Under the pieces are notes generated by a model that worked only from the letters and a program-made list of their open reading frames with translations, did not search any database and was not told where the DNA came from. A DNA stretch of 64,000 nt from Euglena gracilis (Eukaryota). Where the stretch lies: positions 13,262,716 through 13,326,715 of the forward strand of contig CP154954.1 in NCBI GenBank assembly GCA_039621445.1. The letters are read 5' to 3'. The translations under genes and the position numbers were made by a program. Within the stretch, counting starts at the first letter, position 1. Every line of letters begins with the position of its first letter. This document shows positions 24,019 through 36,199 of this stretch, one piece after another.

Positions 24019-24659
24019 TGTGTAACAGGCGTATGCTTCTGTCCACTTCCGTTAAGGAAGATAGGATGGAAGCAGATCCTATTATGATTTCCTAATGGGT
24101 GCCCCTTCTCTCTCCATAGGTGGTTTTCTTATTCTTTTATATTCTTGTTCCTTCCTTTCCTCCGGACCGGACTTGTATACCCAGTCCGTCCTCCCTGCAT
24201 TGCTCTGTGCTTTGCTTCTTGGGAAGTGGGAAAAGGGTTTTTTCTGTTGCTCTGATTTTCAGTTCCCAAGTAGGTGCGCCAAGGCGAAAGCGAAGGCTTT
24301 TTGGGAATTGGGAAAGGGGAATTGGGAATCAGACGTACACTCAAACACAAGGGGCCAAACTTCACAAACAGAAAGCCAAACACAGAACTCTAGAATTCTG
24401 GAAATACGGTTGTTTTTTTTCTTCGTGAAAACATGTCAGCCCCTCGGTGGCTCGGCAGGCAACTTTCGTAGTTGCACCCCGACCCACCTAGAGAGCCCCG
24501 CAAAGGGCCATTCTAAGAATGAGTTTCTTGTGGAGGGTGTGGATAAAAACCCCATACCATATGGTGATTGTGAACAAATTACTCACACACGCGCCGCACC
24601 TGGTGGACCGTGCGGCACCGTACGTTGCGATGCTCCCCACCGTTGAACCCCGTTGCACA
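24019..24659 (+). repeat. Putative 3' LTR of element A
   Basis: Preceded directly by PPT GGAAGGGGGA. Termini TGTGTAAC...GTTGCACA (7/8 inverted). The partner LTR is not in the window. Confidence 0.6.
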
Positions 24660-26837
24660 TTCACCCACCCCCCAAATCTGTTACGTACACGGGATGCGGC
24701 GTGTCCTTTTCTGCTGCCCCCCCCCCACCGTTACTTCCACGGGGTAAGGCGTCGCATCTTGGGCTGACCCCCCCTAGTTGTTCTAACCAACCGCATACAT
24801 AATAATTTTATTTGCAATCCAAATTGCTTCTTTTTGTACGGACACCTTATTTTTTACTTTCTTTTTTTAAACTTTCCCAAAGACTTCACTAAGCAAGGGA
24901 GTGTAAACGGGTCCTAACCCAAATATGTGCCAAAATTTGCCTTAGTGGGGCCAAAAATCATTGAAATTCGATTTTTTTGTTGTCATTTTGAATTTAGCCC
25001 GCGGAAGGGATTATGATAGTCATCTTGAAGGCCTGAACACAATTTTTTCCTGGCAGGGCCGCTTCTTTGAAGCTTTCAACACGGCCGACCACTTTTTCAC
25101 AGTAGGAGTTGTCATTTTCCCTAATTCACGTAAGAAAGTCCCCACCGGAACACAACAAATCCAAAATGCATTAAAAGTGCATTAAAATGACGAACCCACT
25201 CCCAGCCCCGGCAGGAACATGGTCTTCTGACCACTGTCTTCCAGGGTCCGTGTCCATAACTTTGGGAGATTTGGTTTGGGGAAGTTTATTTTAAGGAAAG
25301 GCATGGCCTAAACAGGTCAAAGTGCGACATGTTTCGGTCCGTCGCTTAAAAAATCCAGGCAGGGTCTTATTTTTGGGAGTCTTTTTTTTGACCGACTCCC
25401 GCCCGAAAAAAGCACCTTTTTACAGGTTTTCAAAGCAGTAAAAAATTTCCTTCCGCACCCCATTTATTCATTGGTGAAGGTTTGCATTTAGCGTAATTTT
25501 TTCACTTTAAAAATTTGAAATTTTTTAAATTTCAATATTTTTTTAAATTTCAATATTTTATGTGCGAAATTGGTTTTTTTTGGGTAATTTCTCCGCAGAA
25601 ACGTTTCGTACTCCCTCGAGGAAAACCGATACAGGAGGAAGGGACACCGAGGGCGAAGAACAAAGACATCATGAGGCCACGCTTTGCTTCGGCGCTTCAG
25701 GGGGTTCTTATTTTGGGTTTTTCGCTCGATCAGCCCGGCGGCTTTTATTGGGGGGGGGGCCTTATTTTTGGGGGGTATGGAGGCCATTTTCAGCCAGTGG
25801 GCTTTTCTCAGCCCTGGATACCCAACAGCGACATGTATCTATAATCTATATCTATTTGTGACATGTACCGACATGTATCTATGATCTATATCTATTTACT
25901 GTGTCCCTTCGGCTTGCGCCGCCCTTCCCAAAGAGTAAAACCCACAGAGAAGCAATACAGGGCAACCGGGCGAGAGCAGACTAAACAGACGCACGGACCT
26001 AACCTGACTTCTTAGACGGCCTATCGCAACGTTTCCTCGCTGTCTCATACCCTGACCGATTCAGGATGAAGCACTGTACGATGGTGCTCTGCAGGACGTT
26101 CCTCAAAAATGAAAATAAGAAACCCAGCTGTGACACGCTGTTGGGGCACATTTCCGCAAAATTTGGCGCCACTCTGAAAACCAGAAAAGCTGACGCAGAT
26201 ACTCTGGCGCACTTTCTGAGTATAAACCTGCAAAAAGAGCCGGAAAGCCAAATAAAACGCAACTCAACGCCAGCCGCAAACACAAAGTTGCCTGCGCTGG
26301 TGTTGGCAAGGGGGTGTCCGGTGCCAGTGGTGCTGCGCATATGGTGCTGCTGGCGACGGTCAAGAACGTTGCCCGAACGCGACCTGGTTGCGCAGACAAC
26401 AGGTGGGGCACTCAAATGAAGCATGAGACACGTCTCAGACCATGACGACCACAATGGCCAAAAGCCTCCTCTGCCCCCATCATGTGAAACAGAACGTTCT
26501 TGAAAGGGCGTGCTGACCTGTTTCTTTCACAGGCAAAATCTTGACCACTTTGCCGAGGGACTCGCATGCCCCACTTCAGCATTCTATACGAAGGTGGATT
26601 TAAGTGGCAATGTTGAGCGGACCGCAGGCGGGTCGGAGTTACTGCGGATGCTCCTTGGCCATATTTCTGTGCACCTTTCAGGTCACGGTCAATTGGACTG
26701 CTTTGACATTACTTCAAGCGCACGTCGATGACAAGCTTGTCCAAGGCAACTTGCGTCTAATGGCAGTATATTCAGACCTGTTGATGTCGAGCGTGGATGC
26801 CCATTTAATGTCTTCAGCCTTCTGGGTGGCAACTGGG

Positions 26838-27875
26838 TATGATGGCCATCATGGGTCATAATGGCCACCATCGTTGGTCATGATGGCCATCATGAGTCAT
26901 GATGGGCATCATTGGTCATGATGGCCATCATGGGTCATGATGGGCATCACGGGGCATGATGGGAATCATTGGTCATGATGCGCATCATGGCCATCACGGG
27001 TCATGATGGCCATGATGGTCGAAAAACGCCCATTTTCGGCTCGAAAACCCCTTTTTCGGGCCCGGGAGGCCAAGAAGCATGGTTTTGGGTAAAAAAAAAA
27101 GTTTTCAATATTTTTCACCTTTTTTGGCCGAAAACGGCTGAGTCCACCAGTGGGAAAAGTGTACAAAATGGCCAAAATCGACCGAAAAACGGCCGTATCC
27201 CGGGCTACGAACAATTACGGGGAAATCAAAATACTGGTAGATGGAGTGTTCCAAGGGCTTCAAACTAGGTCTCCGGACATTTCCTTAGGTTTTGCTTCAT
27301 TTTGGAGAAATTTTGAAAATATTGACTTTTAGCCGAAAACGGCCAAGTTGGACAGTGGAAAAAGTGTACAAAATGGCCCGTTGGCCGAAAACGGGCATAT
27401 CTCGGGCCAGGCGGGGAGTTGCGGGAAAATCAGATGGGACGTTCCAAGGCTTCAAATTCGATCTCCGGACATATCCTTTGATTTTGCTTCATTTTGGAGA
27501 TATTTTCAAAATTGACATTTTTTTGGCCGAAATGGCAGATTCCAAAGGGGGGGGGCTTATCCAGGGGGGGGCGGGCCAATCCTACCAAGTTTGGACCCCT
27601 TCGCGCGTGAATAACTCGGGCCTGGCGGGGAGTTGGGGGTCAAACCTGGGTGATTCGGAAACTAGGAATACAGTCGCTCGCAACTGAAAAAAAAATCTCG
27701 GAAACGGGGCCGGGATCATGGTGATAATCCGCTGGTTCCCGAGGTGGCCCCGAGGGGGGGGGAGGGGGGGAGGGGGGGTTCCCCAGGGGTAAGCTTCGCT
27801 CTTACCATAAAGGGATAAGAGCTCAGCGACCCCCCTACCCCCCTCACCCGGGTTCCACGACTAAAAGAACCCCTG
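26838..27875 (-). mobile_element. Dispersed repeat family E copy 1 (probable non-autonomous DNA transposon, CAGGGG terminus) with 19-bp palindromic minisatellite
   Basis: About 27430-27835 is homologous in reverse orientation to about 48680-49115. It ends ...AACCCCTG; minisatellite at 26838-27018. Confidence 0.6.
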
Positions 27876-30107
27876 GTACATGACCCAATAACTCCTGCGC
27901 AACAAGACAGCACATGACAAATCGGTCGGTACAAATGCAAGATGCACCTTCTCCAATGACAAGGGAGGTCGTGTGACAAAGAAAACAAAGCTTTGCGCGG
28001 CGATGTTTCCTGGCGCATGGAGACTCTAGTAACCTTAGTTTGCTTTCTGGGCAGAATTGGACAAAATCTTAGACGGGAGCTGCAAGCCAGATTCTTAATC
28101 CTGAATCCTGGTGGGTTTTTACGACAGTGTGTTCTTTGTGGTCCTCCTTTTCTGGATCGATTGATAAACCAAGGACGTATGATAAACACGGGAAACGCCT
28201 CATTCTTAGACGGCCGAAATCACACTTAAGGGTTTTTTCTTTGAAATGGGCGCATTTGCGCAAATGTGCAAATTTTACGAATTTTCTGGGACCCTGTACC
28301 CTGACACAGAGAGAACAGATTATGAACTGTGACACTCCTCTATTGAACGGGATTAACCCCAGTAGTTTGGTGTGCAGGCTGCATACCACGTGACCTGGAT
28401 AGGGCTGAGGGAGGGAGTGGTCCTCTTGTACATCAAACAGGAGAGAGGCACACACCCTGTGATACGACACTTGGAAATGCTGCTGACGTGCTGGTTGAAC
28501 TGACTGGGATGCTACCGCCACCGGTGAGAACACAAGGAGCCTCATTAGATCATACGCTGCAGACTACGTCAGCCAGCCATCACGCAACTGATTTGTGTTT
28601 ATGGGCGCAACTTCGCAAAAAAAACAATTGTGTTTGTGGGCGCACTTGCGCAAATAAAACGTACACCGATGATGTTAAAATGATATGTTTGTGGGCGCAA
28701 ATGCGCCTATAAACAGTTTTTTTGGTGCGCGCATTTGTGCAAATGAGCGCACCAACAGGTTAATGTTTATTTGCGCAAATGCGCCCACCAACATGTATTT
28801 TTACTTTCCATGTTAAAACACACCAATGAGGACCACGACCACACCAGGTTTTAAAACGTGATGGGGGTGTTGGTGTGCGCAATTGCGCAAATAAACACAC
28901 TTACGTTTGTGCGCGCATTTGCACAAATGCGCGCGCAAACATTTAATACACCGCTTAAAAATGATGTGTTTGTAGGAGCCTTAGAGCACACAAACAAAGT
29001 TGCTTTTATTTGCGCAAATGCTCGCATCAACACACATCAGTTGTGCTATACCATCTCCTCCTTCGTGACAGCTGACGAACGCAATTCCTCACGTCAACCA
29101 CTGATTTGCACCACGATTATGTGGAGACGAAATTTGTGGTGAGAGGAAGTGTGGAGTGTTCACTGGAACACGGCATAAGACTAGCCACAATTTGCCTGCC
29201 TTACGTGTGTACATTTGTACTGTTGTTACCCGGCCTGAACGGCCTGTTGTTTTGGCGTCATCCGTTTCGCAGTTAAACGTCATGAATTGATGACGTGCAA
29301 ACGACCTGTGACTGCTGGACACCTTTTCTGCAACAGGACTGTGTTACAAGAAGACAATATTTCGCACCTGAAATGCCAGGATGTGTCCGGCCGTAGTCCG
29401 TTTTCTATTTTTTCTCCATCATTTTTCCCTTGAAATATGTAAAAAACACCAATTTTTGTGCATAATTTGGGGATAGCCATGCACTGGCACCACGTTGTCC
29501 CCCCAGTCTCACACCCCGGTTGCGGGGAATAAAGTGGCCGCTAAAGCTGGGTGTCGTTGCACTGGGGAGGTCGATGCCGGCCTGATGGGTGCTGAAGCAT
29601 CAGCAGCTGATGTGGCTGCAACAGCGGAGCCGAGGCTGCAGGCCAGCAGCAGGGCCCTTGGGACCCAAAAATTGGTGCTGGTGGACGTGCACTGTTACTG
29701 GGTGGCTGTGAACCCACCTTCAAGAGATGCTATGGCTCCATATTTTGTGGGACCTGTCAACGGTCCAAAAACGGCACAATAACACCATATGCCGGAGGAG
29801 ACGGTGTGGTCATTTGGGTTGAACCAATTCAAAAGCCACTAACGGTGGCTGTAGGAGGGCCAAATGAAATTTTACTTCTCCATTGTTTGTTTTTTTGCGC
29901 ATTTGCGCGCATCACGTTGTTTTGTGGGCGCAAATGCACAAAAAAACATAATAAATTATACAGTTCCTTCATGTGGTTTATTTGCACATTTGCGCCCACA
30001 AACAACGTGATGCGCGCAAATGCGCAAACAAACCACATCTGCTCTCGGCGTTTGACGGTTGTGTTTCCGTCACACAGTTCTTCTTTGTATTTATTTGCGC
30101 AAATGCG

Positions 30108-30957
30108 TGTCGGCCGCCGGCTTTTGCCGGCAGCCAAAAATTGCCCGAAAGCGCAAATTTCAAAGTCGCTGGTAACAGCCAATCAGTTAAAAAAAACCCG
30201 CGATAGAAATTGGAAGCGGGTCAAATTCATTTGCATCTTCAAATTCTGTTTTTTTGCAGAACTTGAGGGGTTTTCCCCATTATTTGGCAAAGAAGGGATA
30301 CCATTGTATTGAATTTGGCATTTACATTCTTGGTGAGAATTCGAAGTGTGGATCACATTGGCGGTGGACTTTGAATTGCAATTCATATTGGTTATTGAAG
30401 TCAATTTGGAATTGATATCAAGAAGGTGACCCTACAACACCGCCACCCTCACCGCCGCTCCTATTCCCTATACCCCTCTTCCTTGCCCCAGGTTTGCACA
30501 TTTTCACACATTCACATTTCACAGTTCGTTTTCAATTCTTCACATTCAGCTACTTTCAGTTTTTCACTCTCAAAGATTTAAGTTTCAGTGGGTTGGGTTG
30601 TGGGTTGGTTTTGCCTTCAAGGTGTGCAAGAGAGTGTGAGAGTAAGAGAGAAAGAGAGAGGAGAACAGTGAGATTTCATTACAAATGGCAGATTTTCCGA
30701 TTTTCACCAAATTTTCGGAAAACATTAAAAAAACGATCCTACGCGCCGGCTGGGGTAGGGGGAAACACCTGGGTGAAAAAATGAGAGTTGGCCTGAGCCC
30801 ACCCCAAGAAAAAGCGCAGGCCCCGCCCCGGAAACACCCACCCCCCGGCTGTCGGTGGTTTTCCACGACGGCGAGGACCCCCCCGGGCCCTCGGCCCACC
30901 GGGACTCGCCGGTCGCGGGGGCGACCGGCGGCGCACAGGGGGTGGGGCCGGCGAACA
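30108..30957 (+). repeat. 5' LTR of element C
   Basis: TGTCGGCC...GCGAACA; direct repeat of 41213-42070 with roughly 30 differences by eye. Confidence 0.95.
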
Positions 30958-30970
30958 TGGTAAGCAGAGG
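30958..30970 (+). promoter_or_regulatory. Primer-binding site, tRNA-iMet-like
   Basis: TGGTAAGCAGAGG abuts the LTR and resembles the iMet complement TGGTAGCAGAGG with one extra A. Confidence 0.7.
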
Positions 30971-31055
30971 CAGTTTCACTGACTCTGTCAGTGAATATTT
31001 TTCAGAGACGGTCAACACAGTCACAGAGGATTGTTCTGTTGGCTGCGTCAGCTGA

Positions 31056-34000
31056 ATGGTACACGAGGGCAGTTTCACCAACCCAGTTGTCTGTGAATTT
31101 TCAGAAGAATCTGCAGAAATCTGCTGGTTTTCAGGTCAATCTGTCCGAGTGTCAGATTGTGCTGAAAATTTTCTGAGATCTGTGGCAGAAATCTATTTTC
31201 AGAACGAAAAGGAAACTGAGTTTTCTGCAGCCCAGTTTTCAGAACCTGTGGCATCATTGCAAATCGTGACGGAATCTGTGGCAGAAAACAGTTTTCAGGC
31301 TGCAGAAACTTTATCGGCTTCAGGATTTTCAGAAACGACACAGGAATCAGAATCTCACTCTGATTCTGAGAGTGGGTTAATTACATGTATAAGGCCCATC
31401 ACGGTGGCAGGGCCAGAAAATTTTCAGCTGGTTCAGCAGTGATGAGGAACCAGACCCCCCAGCTTATGAAAGCGAAACATTGTAAGTAAAACAGGCTGAA
31501 AACACAATTATTCAGCAAATGGTTATTCAAAGAAAGAAAGCTGCTGGCACGTGCCCAGTAAATGTTTCAGGTTTTCAGCAAATTTCAGGGCCAGAACGAA
31601 ACAAATTGTGTTTAACAGCCCAGCCAGAACCATTGCTGTTAACACAGAGTTCAGAATCGCAGTCAGCACAGCCAGCTGCAGCCCAGCTGCAGGTTTTTCA
31701 GCCAGCCCAGCCGTTTTCGGCTGATATATCTGTCTCAGCCCAGATGCCTGGGCAGGTTTTTCAACCAGCTCAGCAGTTTTCGGCTGAGTCATCTGTCCCA
31801 GCAATCATGGGGCCAGCCCAGATGACTTCGCAGATTTTTCAGCCAGCCCAGCAGTTTTCGGCTGAGTCTTCTGTCCCAGCAATCATGGGGCCAGCCCAGA
31901 TGACTTCACAGATTTTTCAGCCAGCCCAGCCGTTTTCGGCTGAGTCATCTGTCCCAGCAATCATGGGGCCAGCCCAGATGACTTCACAGGTTTTTCAGCC
32001 AGCGTTAACAGTGTCTTCAAACACAGGCCCAGCCCAGGTTTTTCGGCCAAATCAGCCAGATTTTACACAGACCCAGCCAAAAAAATTGCAGCCAAACACC
32101 AGTTTTTCTGCAGAAACTGGGTCCGAAAACCCTGAAAATCAGCATGATGTGGAAATGGAATCGGGCTATGGCCAATCTGATGATGATTGGAACAACTGGG
32201 GTGAAGAAATCAGTTGCAAAATTGAATGTTTACATGGCAGACTTTTGGTGCAGGAAGGAAAACACCCTGAAAAAACGGCTGAAAATCTGGTGGGGGAGGC
32301 AGAAAACAGGCTAAATCAGGCGTTGGCCATGTCACAGGGGCAGACATTGAATCTGGTCAATGAGGCATTGGGCATGCATGATCAGCAAATGGCGGATCAC
32401 ATTGCCATGGTGAAACGTGAAATTCAGGCTGAACTGAGTGCAACCATAAACGACTTGCTTTTGCAGTTTCAGCAAAATGGTTAAACGGTGCAAAACTTGG
32501 CCCAATGCCAAACGTATTTGTTGATTGTGGAAATGGAACGGCAGTTTGCTGAGAAAGTGAAGAAAGTGGAGGATGGAGTAAACACGTTTTTTGAGGCCCA
32601 GGTTGAGGGGTTGAAAAAAAAACGAGAGGGATTTTTCTCAGAAGCTGTCGATTTTGGAAAAATCTGTGGGGGAGATGCACGTGGTGGTGCAACAAGTGGG
32701 GGAGAAGGAAAAACAGCAGGAAATTGCTGTTAATCAGGTCAAATCTGCAGTCGGTGAGCTAAGCTCTGGTCTGGTGGGACGCTTTGGGATCATTTTTCAG
32801 CAATGCAAAGGTTTGGGGGAGACTGAGCGTGCCAAATTTCAGGCGCAGGCTGAGAAATTGAAGGAATTTTCACAGTCCCTGGAGCGCGAGAGCAAAGCTC
32901 TGAATGATCGTTTGGGGAGGTTGGAGAATTTTCTGGGTCGGAAAGATTTTCCCAATGAGAAAGTCTGTGACCTGATCAACAAGAGTGAGGAAACCATTCG
33001 GTTGGAGGTGCAAAGGGAGTTGGGGCTGCAAACGAGAAAGAATTTGGAGGTAATTATCAGTGAAATGTTGCAGGAAAGGTTGAGGCTGAGTGAAAGTGAG
33101 GGGCGGTTTGAAAAAGTTCGGGCCGAAATGGAAAATTCGATGAAACAGCAGGTTGGAGTTTTACTGCAACAGCAGTCCAGTGAACTTTTTAAAGAACAAC
33201 AGGCGCGGAAAAAACTACAGCAAAAGCTGGATTCGTTTCAGGCTGAGTTTTTGGTGATGAAAAATCAGCAAGCTGAATCTGCCAAATCTGCGGCAGTGGA
33301 TCTGACAAAGGAAACAAGAGAAAAATCAGCTTGAAATTCAGAAATCGAGGAGTTTGATCTTTTTGGTTACAACGATTTACCTGTGATCGAGAAAAATACG
33401 GTTGAAATTGAAGGCTATGAATACGCTGAACCAGGGTCACATGCGACACATGTCAGGCAGGTTTGCGCACGACCTGTGGGGGCAGTGCCTGCAGGTGCAG
33501 GGCTGGTTTCATCAAATGCAGTGGCAACGCATCAATTGATGAAAACTCTGGTAGCTCCAAATTTTTCTGGACAGCCAAAACACTGGTCGTCCTTTGTGCG
33601 TGATTGGGAGCAATATTTCATGACATTGGTTATTTTACAAAATGGAAATGTGTCTGATCCACTCAAACTTCGGCTTTTTGCAATGACGCTGGATGACACA
33701 AATCAAAAGGAATTGCAATTCCGGATGGAATTGAACGGGAAAACACCTTTCGAGGATGAATTTGATAGGATTGACGGGAAATATGCCGGAACTCAGTCCG
33801 ACTGTGCCAGAAAAAAATGGTGTGATGTCAACCTCGTGAACCAAGGGAAAATTACCGTAACGGAATGGCGAGATTTTGTCATAAATTTCAAAATGGCCTG
33901 GAAACAGGTGAAAAGCGCCACTGACGATGAGGCAGAAAGACTGGTCAAAGGAAAACTGCCAAATTTCATTTTGCATTGGGTCGCCGATGAGGAGGAAAGG

Positions 34001-34801
34001 AAATCAACGTGTGGACCGAAAGTCAAAATGTACCCTGCAGTGCCTGCAACTGAGGAAAACACTATTTGTGCCGTGGAACGTGTCACTGTGGAAAAGCCCT
34101 GCAAGGTTTCGAAAGTTTCACCGCTGGAGTTCGAAGTCTTTTTGCCCAATACTACGATTTGCGACAAACTGAAAGAGGTCAGTGGGAAACCAATCACAGG
34201 CACAGATAAAAGGATTAAAATTGTGGAGGAACAGCCAAAAATGGGAGCTGAAGAAATTTTCCGTTCTGTTGAGCGAAAATTGTCATCAAGGGATAATCAA
34301 GATATGCTACACACTTCCAGAGAGCCAAATGGGTTTGGAAACCGAAGGGCCAGGTCTGCAAAGGCAGATCGGGCCAAGGGGTCCAGGACGCCCTCCCCTC
34401 ACGGTCAGCAAAGGGGGGTGAAACGGTGGCGAAACCTGTTGAAAAATCAGATTCTTCACAGGTGGCAGCTCCAGTGACCAATGCAAACGCGAACCCCCCA
34501 GTGCAAAATCCAGTGCCAGTGGTTCGATCACAGTCATTGCCACCCCCCCAGCAATCTCAATTTGGCAAAGGGGGTGGATGGTGAAACGATTCTGGGTGGA
34601 ATTACAATGCCAATGCCAATTTTCAGGGAAATCAGTGGTGGCACTCAAATCAACAGAATTTTGATTCACAGGCTGGTGGCAAAGGCAAAGGAAAGGGCAA
34701 AGGAAACAATTATTGGCAATGGAAATGACTGGTCTAGGGGAAAGGGCCAGGATGGTGGAAAAGGCAAAGGCAAAGGAAGGGGGAAAGGAAACCGTTGCTA
34801 G
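31056..34801 (+). pseudogene. gag: Gag of element C (repeat-rich and coiled-coil N-terminus, capsid-like region, GKG repeats), disrupted
   Basis: ORFs at 31056, 31519, 32654, 33383 and 34481. PNFSGQPKHWSSF...GKITVTEWRDFVINFK parallels B Gag; 78-bp tandem repeats at ~31750-32000. Confidence 0.8.
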
Positions 34802-35065
34802 GATAGCCGCGGTGGACCGTTGGGGGCGGGAGCCGCCCCGGGCTTGCATACCCAGCCCCACACAAAGACATACGCAAATCCCAGGTGGCAAGAAAAATCT
34901 TGTGCGAGTGAAAACACGATGAAAAATCTGCCATCCCAGGAGATCTCTGTACAAGGTGTGTCCAGTGTGTCGGGTGTGTGCCTGCGTGACGTGCAAATCT
35001 GGGACTCGTCCCAAATCTGAAAAAAACCAGACCTCATAAGAGGTTGTGCACAGCCTTCCGTAAAG

Positions 35066-35660
35066 AAAATAGCATTAGACCTTTTTTGCGGTAAGGGCTC
35101 GGTTGGGGATTGCCTAAGAGAGCAGGGGTTTAAGGTGATCTCAGTGGACATAAACCCCAGATTTAACCCAACCCACTGTGCAAATATTTTGGAGTGGAGA
35201 TATTGGACGTACCCCCCCCGTATATTTTCAGATCATCGCTGCGGGGGTGCCCTGTACAGAATATAGCTTGGCCAAAACATTGGGAGTCAGAAATTGGGAG
35301 GGGGCAGATCGGCTGGTCAAAAAAACTTTGTAAATTGTCGAATATTTCAAACCAAGGTTGTGGTGGATTGAAAATCCCCGTCATGGGTTGCTTCGAAAAA
35401 GACCCTGTGTTCAAAATCTGACTTTTGTCGATGTTGATTATTGTCAATTTTCAGATTGGGGATACCAAAAACCCACCCGAATCTTGGGGAGCGAAAATCT
35501 GAGCAAGCTACAAAACGAACTTTGTGATGGCCAGACCTGCCCGAATTTGATTCCTGGGGGGAGGAGTCACCGTGAAAAGTTGGGAGGATATGGAATGACA
35601 GTTGTCACCCAGAAAAAATGGAGGATGCTCAAACAGCTGGTGGAGTATTTGTTAACCGTG
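35066..35660 (+). pseudogene. C5-cytosine DNA methyltransferase domain in element C
   Basis: ALDLFCGKGSVG (I; TTA codon at 35075), VISVD (II), AGVPCTEYS (IV, 35241 on), WWIENP (VI) and VDYCQFSDWGYQKPTRI (VIII-like). Frameshift in the C-run at 35211-35219 and TAA at 35331. Confidence 0.92.
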
Positions 35661-35684
35661 TTGGAACAAAAAAGCGGATATCGT

Positions 35685-36080
35685 AGGGAGGATTATGCTG
35701 TTAGGAAAGTTTGTATGGAGGAAATTGAGAAGGAATTTCGGGTGAAGGCGGAACGGGATTGTTTTGCAACCAATCAAAATACCAGGTGTGAAAAGTTTTA
35801 TGGAGAGGATGATGATGCCATGAAAAAGGATTGGGGGACAGAGGAAACGTTGTGGATGAACCCCCCCTGGACTTTGCGGCCTGAGGTGGCTGAAAAATTG
35901 CGGAAATCCAATTGTCGGGCAATTTGCATTTGCCCAGACTGGAATAGGAAGTGGGTGAAAAATCTGGTGGCTATGGCTGTCAAAAAGATTTATTTTCCCA
36001 AGGTGACAAAGTTGTTTGAGGCTGATGGGAGGATTTTGAGGGGTGCCCGTTGGGGTGTGTGGGCCTTGTTGATTGATAGA
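35685..36080 (+). CDS. Dam-like amino (N6-adenine-type) DNA methyltransferase domain in element C, fused in frame to the C5 MTase
   Basis: In ORF 35358..36137: EDYAV, RDCFAT, DDAMKKDW, LWMNPPW (35859), AICICPDW. Confidence 0.88.
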
Positions 36081-36199
36081 AGGCAACCCTCCCAGGGGGG
36101 GGGGGAAGCCCCAGGGAAGAAAAATTTGTGCGGCTGAAAAAAAGAATGTTGAGGGGGACGAAAACTCGGGGAGGAGCAAAGAAACTCGGGGAGGACAGA

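Larger units (their letters stand above)
1..24659 (+). mobile_element. Element A: Ty3/Gypsy chromovirus-type LTR retrotransposon, 5' part outside window, with giant post-pol accessory ORF, internal tandem duplication and nested element B
   Basis: Integrase core/GPY-like region plus chromodomain at 4019-4825, followed by a long sense ORF. Polypurine tract GGAAGGGGGA (24009-24018) abuts a TG...CA segment with 7/8 inverted termini. Only one LTR is visible. Confidence 0.7.
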
